DNA of 62,430 nt, filler included, from Barthelona sp. PAP020 (Eukaryota), in the NCBI GenBank assembly GCA_040182905.1. It is 7 parts of 7 records of this genome, joined end to end, with 100 filler letters (N's around TTAATTAATTAA, not from the genome) between each part and the next. Parts side by side here need not be neighbours in the genome. Positions count along the whole stretch, not along the records: positions 17,955 to 26,941 come from JARQWU010000442.1; positions 27,042 to 35,838 come from JARQWU010000443.1; 5 more parts are not named here. One strand, written 5' to 3'. This document shows, one piece after another, positions 18,850 through 28,662 of this stretch (position 1 is the first letter of the stretch; every line of letters starts with the position of its first letter). The notes beneath the pieces were generated by a model that was given only the letters and a program-made list of their open reading frames with translations, was not told the origin of the DNA and did not search any database. The position numbers and the translations under genes were made by a program.

Positions 18850-21800
18850 ACTGTTCAAGGTTAGAGTTTGGGTTACTTGTCACTGGTCTGTTGTGCGTAG
18901 ATTGGTTCAGAACTCTCCTGTCCAGAATCCTTCTGAATCGAATCTGCGTACACAGAACGAGCACAGTACAATTCAACCATTGAGGTAGACTTCCATCCGC
19001 CCATCTGCTTCAGGACGTCCAAATCCCCTGGTGAATTCCCATTCTCCAATGCCTTGAACATAGACCTTGCCCTTCCTCTTCTAAACGAGTGCAGGGTCAA
19101 GGGATAATTTAAATTCATTTCTTTATTGAACCTATTCAATTCTTTGTTTAAATTCTTATTAATCTCTTTAATCTTATTTCCATCGTTTGTTAAACTTTTT
19201 ACTTTTCCATTCTTTACTCTCCATTCATAATTACCAAATATCTTCTTTTCTGTGTCTGTCTTTCCTTTTAACTCTTTCCAAAATATTGACACCTCTTTAA
19301 CATTGCTCACCTTTGGGCAATACATAAATATTAACGCTGTTGTGGGTCCAATTTTTACTTCAATTGAACCTCCCTCAATATCACTTCTTCTCGAACATGT
19401 AAAATACATTGTACATGCCGCATCTATCATATCGTACTTCATTTCTTCTGGTTGGCTGCTATTCGTAATTATGAATCTGCATAATTGTGCTAAATGTCTT
19501 CTACGAATAGCTGACTTCGGTCTGTGATCTTCAGCTGTTGGTGGTCTTAACCTCCTTTGCTTTGCCATCATTAATTTCTTCATGTTCTGGAATCCTGGTC
19601 CAGCACTCCAGCCAATAGCTTTCCAAAAGTACATCACTCCTGCGTATACTCTTCCTAACGTTTCAGTTTTCATCCTAAAATTTCCGTTGGTATCCTTTCT
19701 TTCACCTTCTGAATCGATAAATTCATGAAGCAGTGACTCCAATGTGTGATCAACTTTATCCATATCCTTACTTCTTCCCCTCTTCTTACAATAGCTTAAG
19801 AATCGGGTATAGTATCCTTCGTACTGATCCCATGTAGCTTTTGCTACTCCTAACTTCATAGTCTCCCACACTAAGGAATCACTCCATGAGTACTTCTCGA
19901 ATTCCTTCTTTACCTCGTCATAATACCCTATATCACCTTCAAATAGTCCTTGGAATATCTTCGATCTGATTTCTATACTTCTATTTCCATCAACATAATT
20001 CACTAACGGTCTCCATGCAGGGTAATCTCCATAACAAATTCCTTCAACTTCAACATCAACCCCAAATCGGGCTGCTCTTAATATTAAATCTAAAACTACA
20101 TTTTCAATGGTTTCCTTATAATACATCTTATTTCCAATTTTGCGAACTGCAGTGTAAAATAGGATTGAATCGTATCCGATTGCTGCCCAATCCTCACCTA
20201 GCTCTTCTTCTTCCTTATCTTCTAATTCTCTTTTCTCTTCATTAACTTCTTCTTCTTCTTTCCATAAATCATCTCTTAATTCTACCGGAAACTCTCCGGT
20301 CTTTATCCTAACTTTGTCTGCTATTCTCCTTATCGATTTTGACTTCCCTTGCAAATCTCTTCCTGTCCTATTCTTTAATATTGGACAACGTCTTAATGCT
20401 GTATACGACGGATACATATAACTTGGTACTTTGAATGACTCAGGACAAAATGATATATCCGAAAATACAACTCCTTTTGTTACCTCCACATTCTTGCCTC
20501 TTGACAACATATCTGCCACACTATTCCTTTCAGTAGGAATCCAGTACGGAAGTATTTGGCAGTTTAACTCTACTACCAACTCCCAAATTTTCTTTGACAG
20601 TGAACTCAATTTCATATTTGAACTCTTTTGTTTCCTAAATGCAGCCAAGGCGTTTTGATTATCAATCAACCATATCCAACACGCGTCCTTGGCTTGCTTC
20701 TTCATTTTCATTAATGCTTTCCATAAAGCTTCTAATTCAATAACAGCAATATTCTTTTCTTCGTCTTTAACTACTTCCTTATGCATATTAATCTTACTTT
20801 GATCTTTCTGTTCTAGTACCCACCCGATACCCTTTAATGAGGCATCAGTGGCAATCACTCCTGTAACTACCCTCGGGCATAACTCTCCTTTAATCTCTTC
20901 TTTCAAAACTTCTTCTAACTTTTCTTTTAAACAACTAACAATCTCTAATCTTCTCTTTCCATGCTTACTTATCAATTCTTTTAAATCTTTTGATCTATAA
21001 TAATGTTTCTTGTGATGTATCACATTTCCTAATTCCAGTGCAATTCCTCTATATCTCTGAGAAACGATACTCGCAGCTTGTAACTTCCCTTCCAATGAGA
21101 TTGCACTTTCAATCGTTAAATCGTCTAACATCTTTAACATCTTCTTTCTTTTCAATTCTGGCAAACTAATTATCCTGTTCTTTGTGTCTATCTTAAATCC
21201 TAAATACTCAACTTCTGTTGTTGGTTTTTGTACCTTTGATTCTTTAACCTTAAATCCTACTTGCTTCAGTAATTTCATCATCGTTTCAACGTTCTTCTTG
21301 CATTCCTCTAAAGTATTCCCTCCAATCAGTAAATCGTCCACATATTGCAAAACAAATATTCCTTTTGCTCTTGCAGCATCCACTGGCACTTGCAATGCCA
21401 GTGAAAAAATCTGAGCTGATACTGATGATCCGAACGGTAACCTTTGAGCTGCATATTTTTCTCCATCAACTTCCACTACTGTCTGAGACAACCATTCATC
21501 ACTAAGTGGTATATGTGTATACCCTTCCTTTATGTCTAAGACCGCGGCATATTTAGGTATTAATGGGAAATATCTATAACAATTAATTTCATGTGGCCAC
21601 ATCATACTTACCGAATTTAATGGTGTACAGTCCAATATTGGTCTAATTGTTCCATCTTGTTTTGGAACTGCACCCAAAGCTGCTTCACGTTCTACAGGAC
21701 CTTTATACTTTGTTAAAACATTTTCTTCACCTTCAGTCCATTTTGATAACACTTCTTTTAACCTATCACCAGCCCAGTGATCTACCTTATTTTCTCCTTT

Positions 21801-23012
21801 TAATTCATCGTCAATAAAAGTTGGGGCTGCAGTAACAATTTCTTCAAGTAAGTTTCTTTGTTCTTTGCTGTATCTCAACTCTTTTGCTAACTTCATGAAA
21901 GCATCAGGATTCCAAGCCCCTGTGCTTGTTTCTCCAATGGTAACAGCTACGTTCGACTTTTTTAGCACAAGTCGGCTGTTAGATTCAATCTTCAGATTTT
22001 GATCTGATTTCGACCTGTTTTTTATGTCTTCACTTTTGCCTTTAGTCAGTTTTTTTTTGATAAATTGCAGTTGTTGTTTTTCAACCTCTATTTTTTCTTT
22101 CGTTCTTAGCAATCCATCGAGCTTCTTATCAATAGTATCAAAAAAATAAATGTTGTTGCTTTTACCCTTTTCAAACTTGTTTGACCTCTGATAATCTTCC
22201 GGCTTTGAGAAGCCGTTTAGGTCAGGGTACGGCCAGTTGAGGCCATGCAACATTTCCAGTCTTATTGTTTGACTCGTTGGTGCTGAGTCCCACGGTGCAC
22301 CCTCTACGAACCTCTTTGCGGTCTTCTTCATTAAATCAATCTGCGGAGACAGATCCACCCCCGCATGGCTTAAAGTTTTCAAAATATCACCGAGCAGCAT
22401 GGCTGCTGGGATCATTAGCTTTGCTTTCTTAAAGGAGAACGCCCTTTTGCTTCCAGGGCGCTCTTCATAAAATTTAATTCCACTGAATATCTCCTCCATC
22501 CATTGATGGTGGCGATACACAGATTCCAGTAAATTATTTTCTAAATTTTCCTCCTTATTCTTCTCCTTTTCTCTTTCTTTAGTCCAATTGTCATTTTGGC
22601 TTTTTAACAAATTCATGATTTCCTCTATTTGGTCTGAAAGGAGCGACGTTTGCTCCTCTAATGTCTGGAAATTTTGGTTAATTTCGGCGTTAGGTTCTTC
22701 AGTCATAGGAAGGTTCTTTCCCAGGGCGAAACTTAAACAAAATAGTGATATAGAGCTGTTTAGAATATTGTTTACTTGACCCCATTTATCAATCAGATAA
22801 ATTCACGTTCTTTCATTGTGTTCCGAATTAAAATAATTCTGATTGGAAACTAATTTTTACTTTACTTACAGCTTATGTAACGTTCTTATTCTTATTATAA
22901 ATCATTGTATATGTATTGGATCATATTTAACAATCAGAAGTGCAAGAATAGAACCTAGAACAATGTTTATTTTGTCTTTTGGGTGAAATCCGTCCGCTTT
23001 GCTACGAACACT
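18811..23012 (-). mobile_element. Complete ~4.2 kb tyrosine-recombinase (DIRS-order) retrotransposon, copy B
   Basis: Unit defined by a 4201-bp period with copy C; ~305 nt 5' UTR, single ORF, ~62 nt 3' UTR. Confidence 0.92.
18873..22706 (-). CDS. Single polyprotein: Gag-like coiled-coil, RT, RNase H, linker, tyrosine recombinase (1277 aa)
   Basis: RT: LDIKEGYTHIPL, LPFGSSVSAQIF, YVDDLLI, YLGF; RNase H: IATDASLKGIG, IAVIELEAL, IDNQNAL, NSVADMLSR; YR: ATWDQYEGYYTRF, CSRRSD (R), HSFRRG (HxxR), GGWKS (W), VELY (Y). Confidence 0.95.
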   Translation of the reverse strand: MTEEPNAEINQNFQTLEEQTSLLSDQIEEIMNLLKSQNDNWTKEREKEKNKEENLENNLLESVYRHHQWMEEIFSGIKFYEERPGSKRAFSFKKAKLMIPAAMLLGDILKTLSHAGVDLSPQIDLMKKTAKRFVEGAPWDSAPTSQTIRLEMLHGLNWPYPDLNGFSKPEDYQRSNKFEKGKSNNIYFFDTIDKKLDGLLRTKEKIEVEKQQLQFIKKKLTKGKSEDIKNRSKSDQNLKIESNSRLVLKKSNVAVTIGETSTGAWNPDAFMKLAKELRYSKEQRNLLEEIVTAAPTFIDDELKGENKVDHWAGDRLKEVLSKWTEGEENVLTKYKGPVEREAALGAVPKQDGTIRPILDCTPLNSVSMMWPHEINCYRYFPLIPKYAAVLDIKEGYTHIPLSDEWLSQTVVEVDGEKYAAQRLPFGSSVSAQIFSLALQVPVDAARAKGIFVLQYVDDLLIGGNTLEECKKNVETMMKLLKQVGFKVKESKVQKPTTEVEYLGFKIDTKNRIISLPELKRKKMLKMLDDLTIESAISLEGKLQAASIVSQRYRGIALELGNVIHHKKHYYRSKDLKELISKHGKRRLEIVSCLKEKLEEVLKEEIKGELCPRVVTGVIATDASLKGIGWVLEQKDQSKINMHKEVVKDEEKNIAVIELEALWKALMKMKKQAKDACWIWLIDNQNALAAFRKQKSSNMKLSSLSKKIWELVVELNCQILPYWIPTERNSVADMLSRGKNVEVTKGVVFSDISFCPESFKVPSYMYPSYTALRRCPILKNRTGRDLQGKSKSIRRIADKVRIKTGEFPVELRDDLWKEEEEVNEEKRELEDKEEEELGEDWAAIGYDSILFYTAVRKIGNKMYYKETIENVVLDLILRAARFGVDVEVEGICYGDYPAWRPLVNYVDGNRSIEIRSKIFQGLFEGDIGYYDEVKKEFEKYSWSDSLVWETMKLGVAKATWDQYEGYYTRFLSYCKKRGRSKDMDKVDHTLESLLHEFIDSEGERKDTNGNFRMKTETLGRVYAGVMYFWKAIGWSAGPGFQNMKKLMMAKQRRLRPPTAEDHRPKSAIRRRHLAQLCRFIITNSSQPEEMKYDMIDAACTMYFTCSRRSDIEGGSIEVKIGPTTALIFMYCPKVSNVKEVSIFWKELKGKTDTEKKIFGNYEWRVKNGKVKSLTNDGNKIKEINKNLNKELNRFNKEMNLNYPLTLHSFRRGRARSMFKALENGNSPGDLDVLKQMGGWKSTSMVELYCARSVYADSIQKDSGQESSEPIYAQQTSDK

Positions 23013-26000
23013 TCACTCGACAAAATAATAAACATTTGATAAAAGCTTTTACTGTTCAAGGTTAGAGTTTGGGTTACTTGTCACTGGTCTGTTGTGCGTA
23101 GATTGGTTCAGAACTCTCCTGTCCAGAATCCTTCTGAATCGAATCTGCGTACACAGAACGAGCACAGTACAATTCAACCATTGAGGTAGACTTCCATCCG
23201 CCCATCTGCTTCAGGACGTCCAAATCCCCTGGTGAATTCCCATTCTCCAATGCCTTGAACATAGACCTTGCCCTTCCTCTTCTAAACGAGTGCAGGGTCA
23301 AGGGATAATTTAAATTCATTTCTTTATTGAACCTATTCAATTCTTTGTTTAAATTCTTATTAATCTCTTTAATCTTATTTCCATCGTTTGTTAAACTTTT
23401 TACTTTTCCATTCTTTACTCTCCATTCATAATTACCAAATATCTTCTTTTCTGTGTCTGTCTTTCCTTTTAACTCTTTCCAAAATATTGACACCTCTTTA
23501 ACATTGCTCACCTTTGGGCAATACATAAATATTAACGCTGTTGTGGGTCCAATTTTTACTTCAATTGAACCTCCCTCAATATCACTTCTTCTCGAACATG
23601 TAAAATACATTGTACATGCCGCATCTATCATATCGTACTTCATTTCTTCTGGTTGGCTGCTATTCGTAATTATGAATCTGCATAATTGTGCTAAATGTCT
23701 TCTACGAATAGCTGACTTCGGTCTGTGATCTTCAGCTGTTGGTGGTCTTAACCTCCTTTGCTTTGCCATCATTAATTTCTTCATGTTCTGGAATCCTGGT
23801 CCAGCACTCCAGCCAATAGCTTTCCAAAAGTACATCACTCCTGCGTATACTCTTCCTAACGTTTCAGTTTTCATCCTAAAATTTCCGTTGGTATCCTTTC
23901 TTTCACCTTCTGAATCGATAAATTCATGAAGCAGTGACTCCAATGTGTGATCAACTTTATCCATATCCTTACTTCTTCCCCTCTTCTTACAATAGCTTAA
24001 GAATCGGGTATAGTATCCTTCGTACTGATCCCATGTAGCTTTTGCTACTCCTAACTTCATAGTCTCCCACACTAAGGAATCACTCCATGAGTACTTCTCG
24101 AATTCCTTCTTTACCTCGTCATAATACCCTATATCACCTTCAAATAGTCCTTGGAATATCTTCGATCTGATTTCTATACTTCTATTTCCATCAACATAAT
24201 TCACTAACGGTCTCCATGCAGGGTAATCTCCATAACAAATTCCTTCAACTTCAACATCAACCCCAAATCGGGCTGCTCTTAATATTAAATCTAAAACTAC
24301 ATTTTCAATGGTTTCCTTATAATACATCTTATTTCCAATTTTGCGAACTGCAGTGTAAAATAGGATTGAATCGTATCCGATTGCTGCCCAATCCTCACCT
24401 AGCTCTTCTTCTTCCTTATCTTCTAATTCTCTTTTCTCTTCATTAACTTCTTCTTCTTCTTTCCATAAATCATCTCTTAATTCTACCGGAAACTCTCCGG
24501 TCTTTATCCTAACTTTGTCTGCTATTCTCCTTATCGATTTTGACTTCCCTTGCAAATCTCTTCCTGTCCTATTCTTTAATATTGGACAACGTCTTAATGC
24601 TGTATACGACGGATACATATAACTTGGTACTTTGAATGACTCAGGACAAAATGATATATCCGAAAATACAACTCCTTTTGTTACCTCCACATTCTTGCCT
24701 CTTGACAACATATCTGCCACACTATTCCTTTCAGTAGGAATCCAGTACGGAAGTATTTGGCAGTTTAACTCTACTACCAACTCCCAAATTTTCTTTGACA
24801 GTGAACTCAATTTCATATTTGAACTCTTTTGTTTCCTAAATGCAGCCAAGGCGTTTTGATTATCAATCAACCATATCCAACACGCGTCCTTGGCTTGCTT
24901 CTTCATTTTCATTAATGCTTTCCATAAAGCTTCTAATTCAATAACAGCAATATTCTTTTCTTCGTCTTTAACTACTTCCTTATGCATATTAATCTTACTT
25001 TGATCTTTCTGTTCTAGTACCCACCCGATACCCTTTAATGAGGCATCAGTGGCAATCACTCCTGTAACTACCCTCGGGCATAACTCTCCTTTAATCTCTT
25101 CTTTCAAAACTTCTTCTAACTTTTCTTTTAAACAACTAACAATCTCTAATCTTCTCTTTCCATGCTTACTTATCAATTCTTTTAAATCTTTTGATCTATA
25201 ATAATGTTTCTTGTGATGTATCACATTTCCTAATTCCAGTGCAATTCCTCTATATCTCTGAGAAACGATACTCGCAGCTTGTAACTTCCCTTCCAATGAG
25301 ATTGCACTTTCAATCGTTAAATCGTCTAACATCTTTAACATCTTCTTTCTTTTCAATTCTGGCAAACTAATTATCCTGTTCTTTGTGTCTATCTTAAATC
25401 CTAAATACTCAACTTCTGTTGTTGGTTTTTGTACCTTTGATTCTTTAACCTTAAATCCTACTTGCTTCAGTAATTTCATCATCGTTTCAACGTTCTTCTT
25501 GCATTCCTCTAAAGTATTCCCTCCAATCAGTAAATCGTCCACATATTGCAAAACAAATATTCCTTTTGCTCTTGCAGCATCCACTGGCACTTGCAATGCC
25601 AGTGAAAAAATCTGAGCTGATACTGATGATCCGAACGGTAACCTTTGAGCTGCATATTTTTCTCCATCAACTTCCACTACTGTCTGAGACAACCATTCAT
25701 CACTAAGTGGTATATGTGTATACCCTTCCTTTATGTCTAAGACCGCGGCATATTTAGGTATTAATGGGAAATATCTATAACAATTAATTTCATGTGGCCA
25801 CATCATACTTACCGAATTTAATGGTGTACAATCCAATATTGGTCTGATTGTTCCATCTTGTTTTGGAACTGCACCCAAAGCTGCTTCACGTTCTACAGGA
25901 CCTTTATACTTTGTTAAAACATTTTCTTCACCTTCAGTCCATTTTGATAACACTTCTTTTAACCTATCACCAGCCCAGTGATCTACTTTATTTTCTCCTT

Positions 26001-26941
26001 TTAATTCATCGTCAATAAAAGTTGGGGCTGCAGTAACAATTTCTTCAAGTAAGTTTCTTTGTTCCTTGCTGTATCTCAATTCTTTTGCTAACTTCATGAA
26101 AGCATCAGGATTCCAAGCTCCTGTGCTTGTTTCTCCAATGGTGACGGCTACGTTTGACCTTTTTAACACAAGTCGGCTGTCCGATTCAATCTTCAGATTT
26201 TGATCTGATTTCGACCTGTTTTTTATGTCTTCACTTTTGCCTTTAGTCAGTTTTTTTTTGATAAATTGCAGTTGTTGTTTTTCAACCTCTATCTTTTCTT
26301 TCGTTCTTAGCAATCCATCGAGCTTCTTATCAATAGTATCAAAAAAATAAATGTTGTTGCTTTTACCCTTTTCAAACTTGTTTGACCTCTGATGATCTTC
26401 CGGCTTTGAGAAGCCGTTTAGGTCAGGGTACGGCCAGTTGAGGCCATGCAACATTTCCAGTCTTATTGTTTGACTCGTTGGTGTTGAGTCCCACGGTGCA
26501 CCCTCTACGAACTTCTTCGCGGTCTTCTTCATTAAATCAATCTGCGGAGACAGATCCACCCCCGCATGGCTTAAAGTTTTCAAAATATCACCGAGCAGCA
26601 TGGCTGCTGGGATCATAAGTTTTGCTTTTTTAAAGGAGAACGCCCTTTTGCTTCCAGGGCGCTCTTCATAAAATTTAATTCCACTGAATATCTCCTCCAT
26701 CCATTGATGGTGGCGATACACAGATTCCAGTAAATTATTTTCTAACTTTTCCTCCTTATTCTTCTCCTTTTCTCTTTCTTTAGTCCAATTTTCATTTTGG
26801 CTTTTTAACAAATTCATGACTTCCTCTATTTGGTCTGAAAGGAGCGACGTTTGCTCCTCTAATGTCTGGAAATTTTGGTTAATTTCGGCGTTAGGTTCTT
26901 CAGTCATAGGAAGGTTCTTTCCCAGGGCGAAACTTAAACAA
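23012..26941 (-). mobile_element. YR retrotransposon copy C (5' UTR cut by gap)
   Basis: Direct head-to-tail repeat of copy B. Confidence 0.92.
23074..26907 (-). CDS. Gag-RT-RNase H-YR polyprotein (1277 aa), second intact copy
   Basis: Same motifs as copy B; 8 amino-acid differences, all in the first ~250 residues. Confidence 0.95.
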   Translation of the reverse strand: MTEEPNAEINQNFQTLEEQTSLLSDQIEEVMNLLKSQNENWTKEREKEKNKEEKLENNLLESVYRHHQWMEEIFSGIKFYEERPGSKRAFSFKKAKLMIPAAMLLGDILKTLSHAGVDLSPQIDLMKKTAKKFVEGAPWDSTPTSQTIRLEMLHGLNWPYPDLNGFSKPEDHQRSNKFEKGKSNNIYFFDTIDKKLDGLLRTKEKIEVEKQQLQFIKKKLTKGKSEDIKNRSKSDQNLKIESDSRLVLKRSNVAVTIGETSTGAWNPDAFMKLAKELRYSKEQRNLLEEIVTAAPTFIDDELKGENKVDHWAGDRLKEVLSKWTEGEENVLTKYKGPVEREAALGAVPKQDGTIRPILDCTPLNSVSMMWPHEINCYRYFPLIPKYAAVLDIKEGYTHIPLSDEWLSQTVVEVDGEKYAAQRLPFGSSVSAQIFSLALQVPVDAARAKGIFVLQYVDDLLIGGNTLEECKKNVETMMKLLKQVGFKVKESKVQKPTTEVEYLGFKIDTKNRIISLPELKRKKMLKMLDDLTIESAISLEGKLQAASIVSQRYRGIALELGNVIHHKKHYYRSKDLKELISKHGKRRLEIVSCLKEKLEEVLKEEIKGELCPRVVTGVIATDASLKGIGWVLEQKDQSKINMHKEVVKDEEKNIAVIELEALWKALMKMKKQAKDACWIWLIDNQNALAAFRKQKSSNMKLSSLSKKIWELVVELNCQILPYWIPTERNSVADMLSRGKNVEVTKGVVFSDISFCPESFKVPSYMYPSYTALRRCPILKNRTGRDLQGKSKSIRRIADKVRIKTGEFPVELRDDLWKEEEEVNEEKRELEDKEEEELGEDWAAIGYDSILFYTAVRKIGNKMYYKETIENVVLDLILRAARFGVDVEVEGICYGDYPAWRPLVNYVDGNRSIEIRSKIFQGLFEGDIGYYDEVKKEFEKYSWSDSLVWETMKLGVAKATWDQYEGYYTRFLSYCKKRGRSKDMDKVDHTLESLLHEFIDSEGERKDTNGNFRMKTETLGRVYAGVMYFWKAIGWSAGPGFQNMKKLMMAKQRRLRPPTAEDHRPKSAIRRRHLAQLCRFIITNSSQPEEMKYDMIDAACTMYFTCSRRSDIEGGSIEVKIGPTTALIFMYCPKVSNVKEVSIFWKELKGKTDTEKKIFGNYEWRVKNGKVKSLTNDGNKIKEINKNLNKELNRFNKEMNLNYPLTLHSFRRGRARSMFKALENGNSPGDLDVLKQMGGWKSTSMVELYCARSVYADSIQKDSGQESSEPIYAQQTSDK

Positions 26942-27041
26942 NNNNNNNNNNNNNNNNNNNNNNNNNNNNNNNNNNNNNNNNNNNNTTAATTAATTAANNN
27001 NNNNNNNNNNNNNNNNNNNNNNNNNNNNNNNNNNNNNNNNN

Positions 27042-27188
27042 GAACATTTGAATGAAGACAAGGATATGTATGATGATAAGAAGAAAGAACTTGAAGGAAT
27101 ATTCAATCCTATTATCACCAAGATTTATGGTTCTCAAGAGATGCCTCAACAAGATCAAGGTTCTTATGAAGGATATGATGAATTATAA
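27042..27188 (+). CDS. BiP: 3' end of ER Hsp70 (BiP), 5'-truncated by gap
   Basis: Manual translation EHLNEDKDMYDDKKKELEGIFNPIITKIYGSQ...EGYDEL*: Hsp70 lid end (KKKELExxxNPIIxKxY) plus xDEL ER-retention-like tail. Confidence 0.8.
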   Translation, partial: EHLNEDKDMYDDKKKELEGIFNPIITKIYGSQEMPQQDQGSYEGYDEL

Positions 27189-27444
27189 AACTTTTGTAAA
27201 TGTTACCATTTCTTTTTTTTTTGTTATTCTTCTTTTACTTTTCTTTAACATAGGAAGAAAAGCTTACAAGTAATCGTACAAAAAGGTAAATCAATAAAAT
27301 CATTTAAATAAAAAGAGAAATTATTTATATAGTTGTTTGGAGTAAACAAAAGAAGAAAACGAATAAAGGATTATATATGTGGAAACAATTGCAAAGTGAA
27401 ACAGTGATTAAACAAATCCACTTACAAAACATCCAAATTCTCAC

Positions 27445-28662
27445 TTATAAAGTCAAAAATTGGGCATAATTGTTCATTGGATTCGTCTCCTCCTTCATAT
27501 TCGATACATCAGGGTTATAAGAAGAAAAGCTAAAATCAACATTGTTGCTATACGGTAATTGATAAGCTCCTAAATTCATTAAAGGTGTATTAGTCATCGT
27601 TTGATTTGGCAACATGCCATTTGAATTCAACAAATTCATTGTTTGATTTGTAAAAACAGTTTGTTCAGGAGTAGTGATAAAGGGCGACATCATCACCATA
27701 TTTTGCAATGGATAATTCATCATATCAGATTTGTATGGTAAATAGTTCTGCATGTAGGGTGTACCATTAACTGGAACAGTTAAATTATTTTCTGGTTGAA
27801 TCAATGACGGTGGTGGTGTAGACATTGGTCTCTTTGAAGATCTTCTTCCAATGTTAGAATCTTCAGGAGGTGAATGATGATGTTCATGCTCGTAAGTAAT
27901 AATCAACGAACTATCTGGACTATTATTATTCTTTTGAACTAATTTTTTCGCACAACAATCCTTATGAGCACATTTGAAATAGGATTTGGAAGTATTTGAC
28001 CCTTTAACAGTTTTTTGTCCATATTTCTTCCAAGAAAACCCATCCACTACAAAATCAACATTATTTGAAGCTTCAACAATTAGCCGACGTTCAGCATATG
28101 ATCCGGATGGTTTAGGTAGAGCACTAACATCAACAGTAACATCTCCCATTGTATATTTAAGAACCAAATCCCTAAATTCTTCCTGACTATTTGCATATTC
28201 TTTCCTCACGGTTGGTCTGGAGTGATTATGCTCACCTTTATAGACTGAAGTAATTTCAGCGTCTTCAAATCGTTTGGATATTTGTCTCTTACATGGACAA
28301 CCTGGGAATGCACATTTGTAATAACAGGTGGGAAACGGATTATTTTTAGAAAATTTTTGCCCATACTTTCTCCAATGAAACCCATCATCGATAACATCTG
28401 AAGAATAATAAGAATGTTGTCTCCTCTTTCGGTTGGTGTTTTCGGTTTGATCCGAAACCATCAAATTAAAATCTTTAAAAGGATTATTAATAGGAGAGTA
28501 TTGATTCTGTTGGTTCATTTCAGTTAAATTATTGAAAGTTTGAGACATATTAGGAGAAACAAATTGAGGAAATGGTGTTTCATGACTAAAACCATTTGGA
28601 GCATAATAATAACCACTGTTTGAATTCATTTGACCACTTGGGGGATAAATTATGTGATTCAT
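27445..28662 (-). CDS. WRKY transcription factor with two WRKY domains
   Basis: DDGFHWRKYGQK...YYKCAFPGCPCKRQI...HNH and DGFSWKKYGQK...YFKCAHKDCCAKK...HHH (C2H2 zinc ligands). Confidence 0.93.
   Translation of the reverse strand: MNHIIYPPSGQMNSNSGYYYAPNGFSHETPFPQFVSPNMSQTFNNLTEMNQQNQYSPINNPFKDFNLMVSDQTENTNRKRRQHSYYSSDVIDDGFHWRKYGQKFSKNNPFPTCYYKCAFPGCPCKRQISKRFEDAEITSVYKGEHNHSRPTVRKEYANSQEEFRDLVLKYTMGDVTVDVSALPKPSGSYAERRLIVEASNNVDFVVDGFSWKKYGQKTVKGSNTSKSYFKCAHKDCCAKKLVQKNNNSPDSSLIITYEHEHHHSPPEDSNIGRRSSKRPMSTPPPSLIQPENNLTVPVNGTPYMQNYLPYKSDMMNYPLQNMVMMSPFITTPEQTVFTNQTMNLLNSNGMLPNQTMTNTPLMNLGAYQLPYSNNVDFSFSSYNPDVSNMKEETNPMNNYAQFLTL

Noticed and set aside
19252..25615. Short antisense ORFs within the polyprotein copies
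   Set aside because: Shadow ORFs with non-ATG starts and no motifs; duplicated only because the element is
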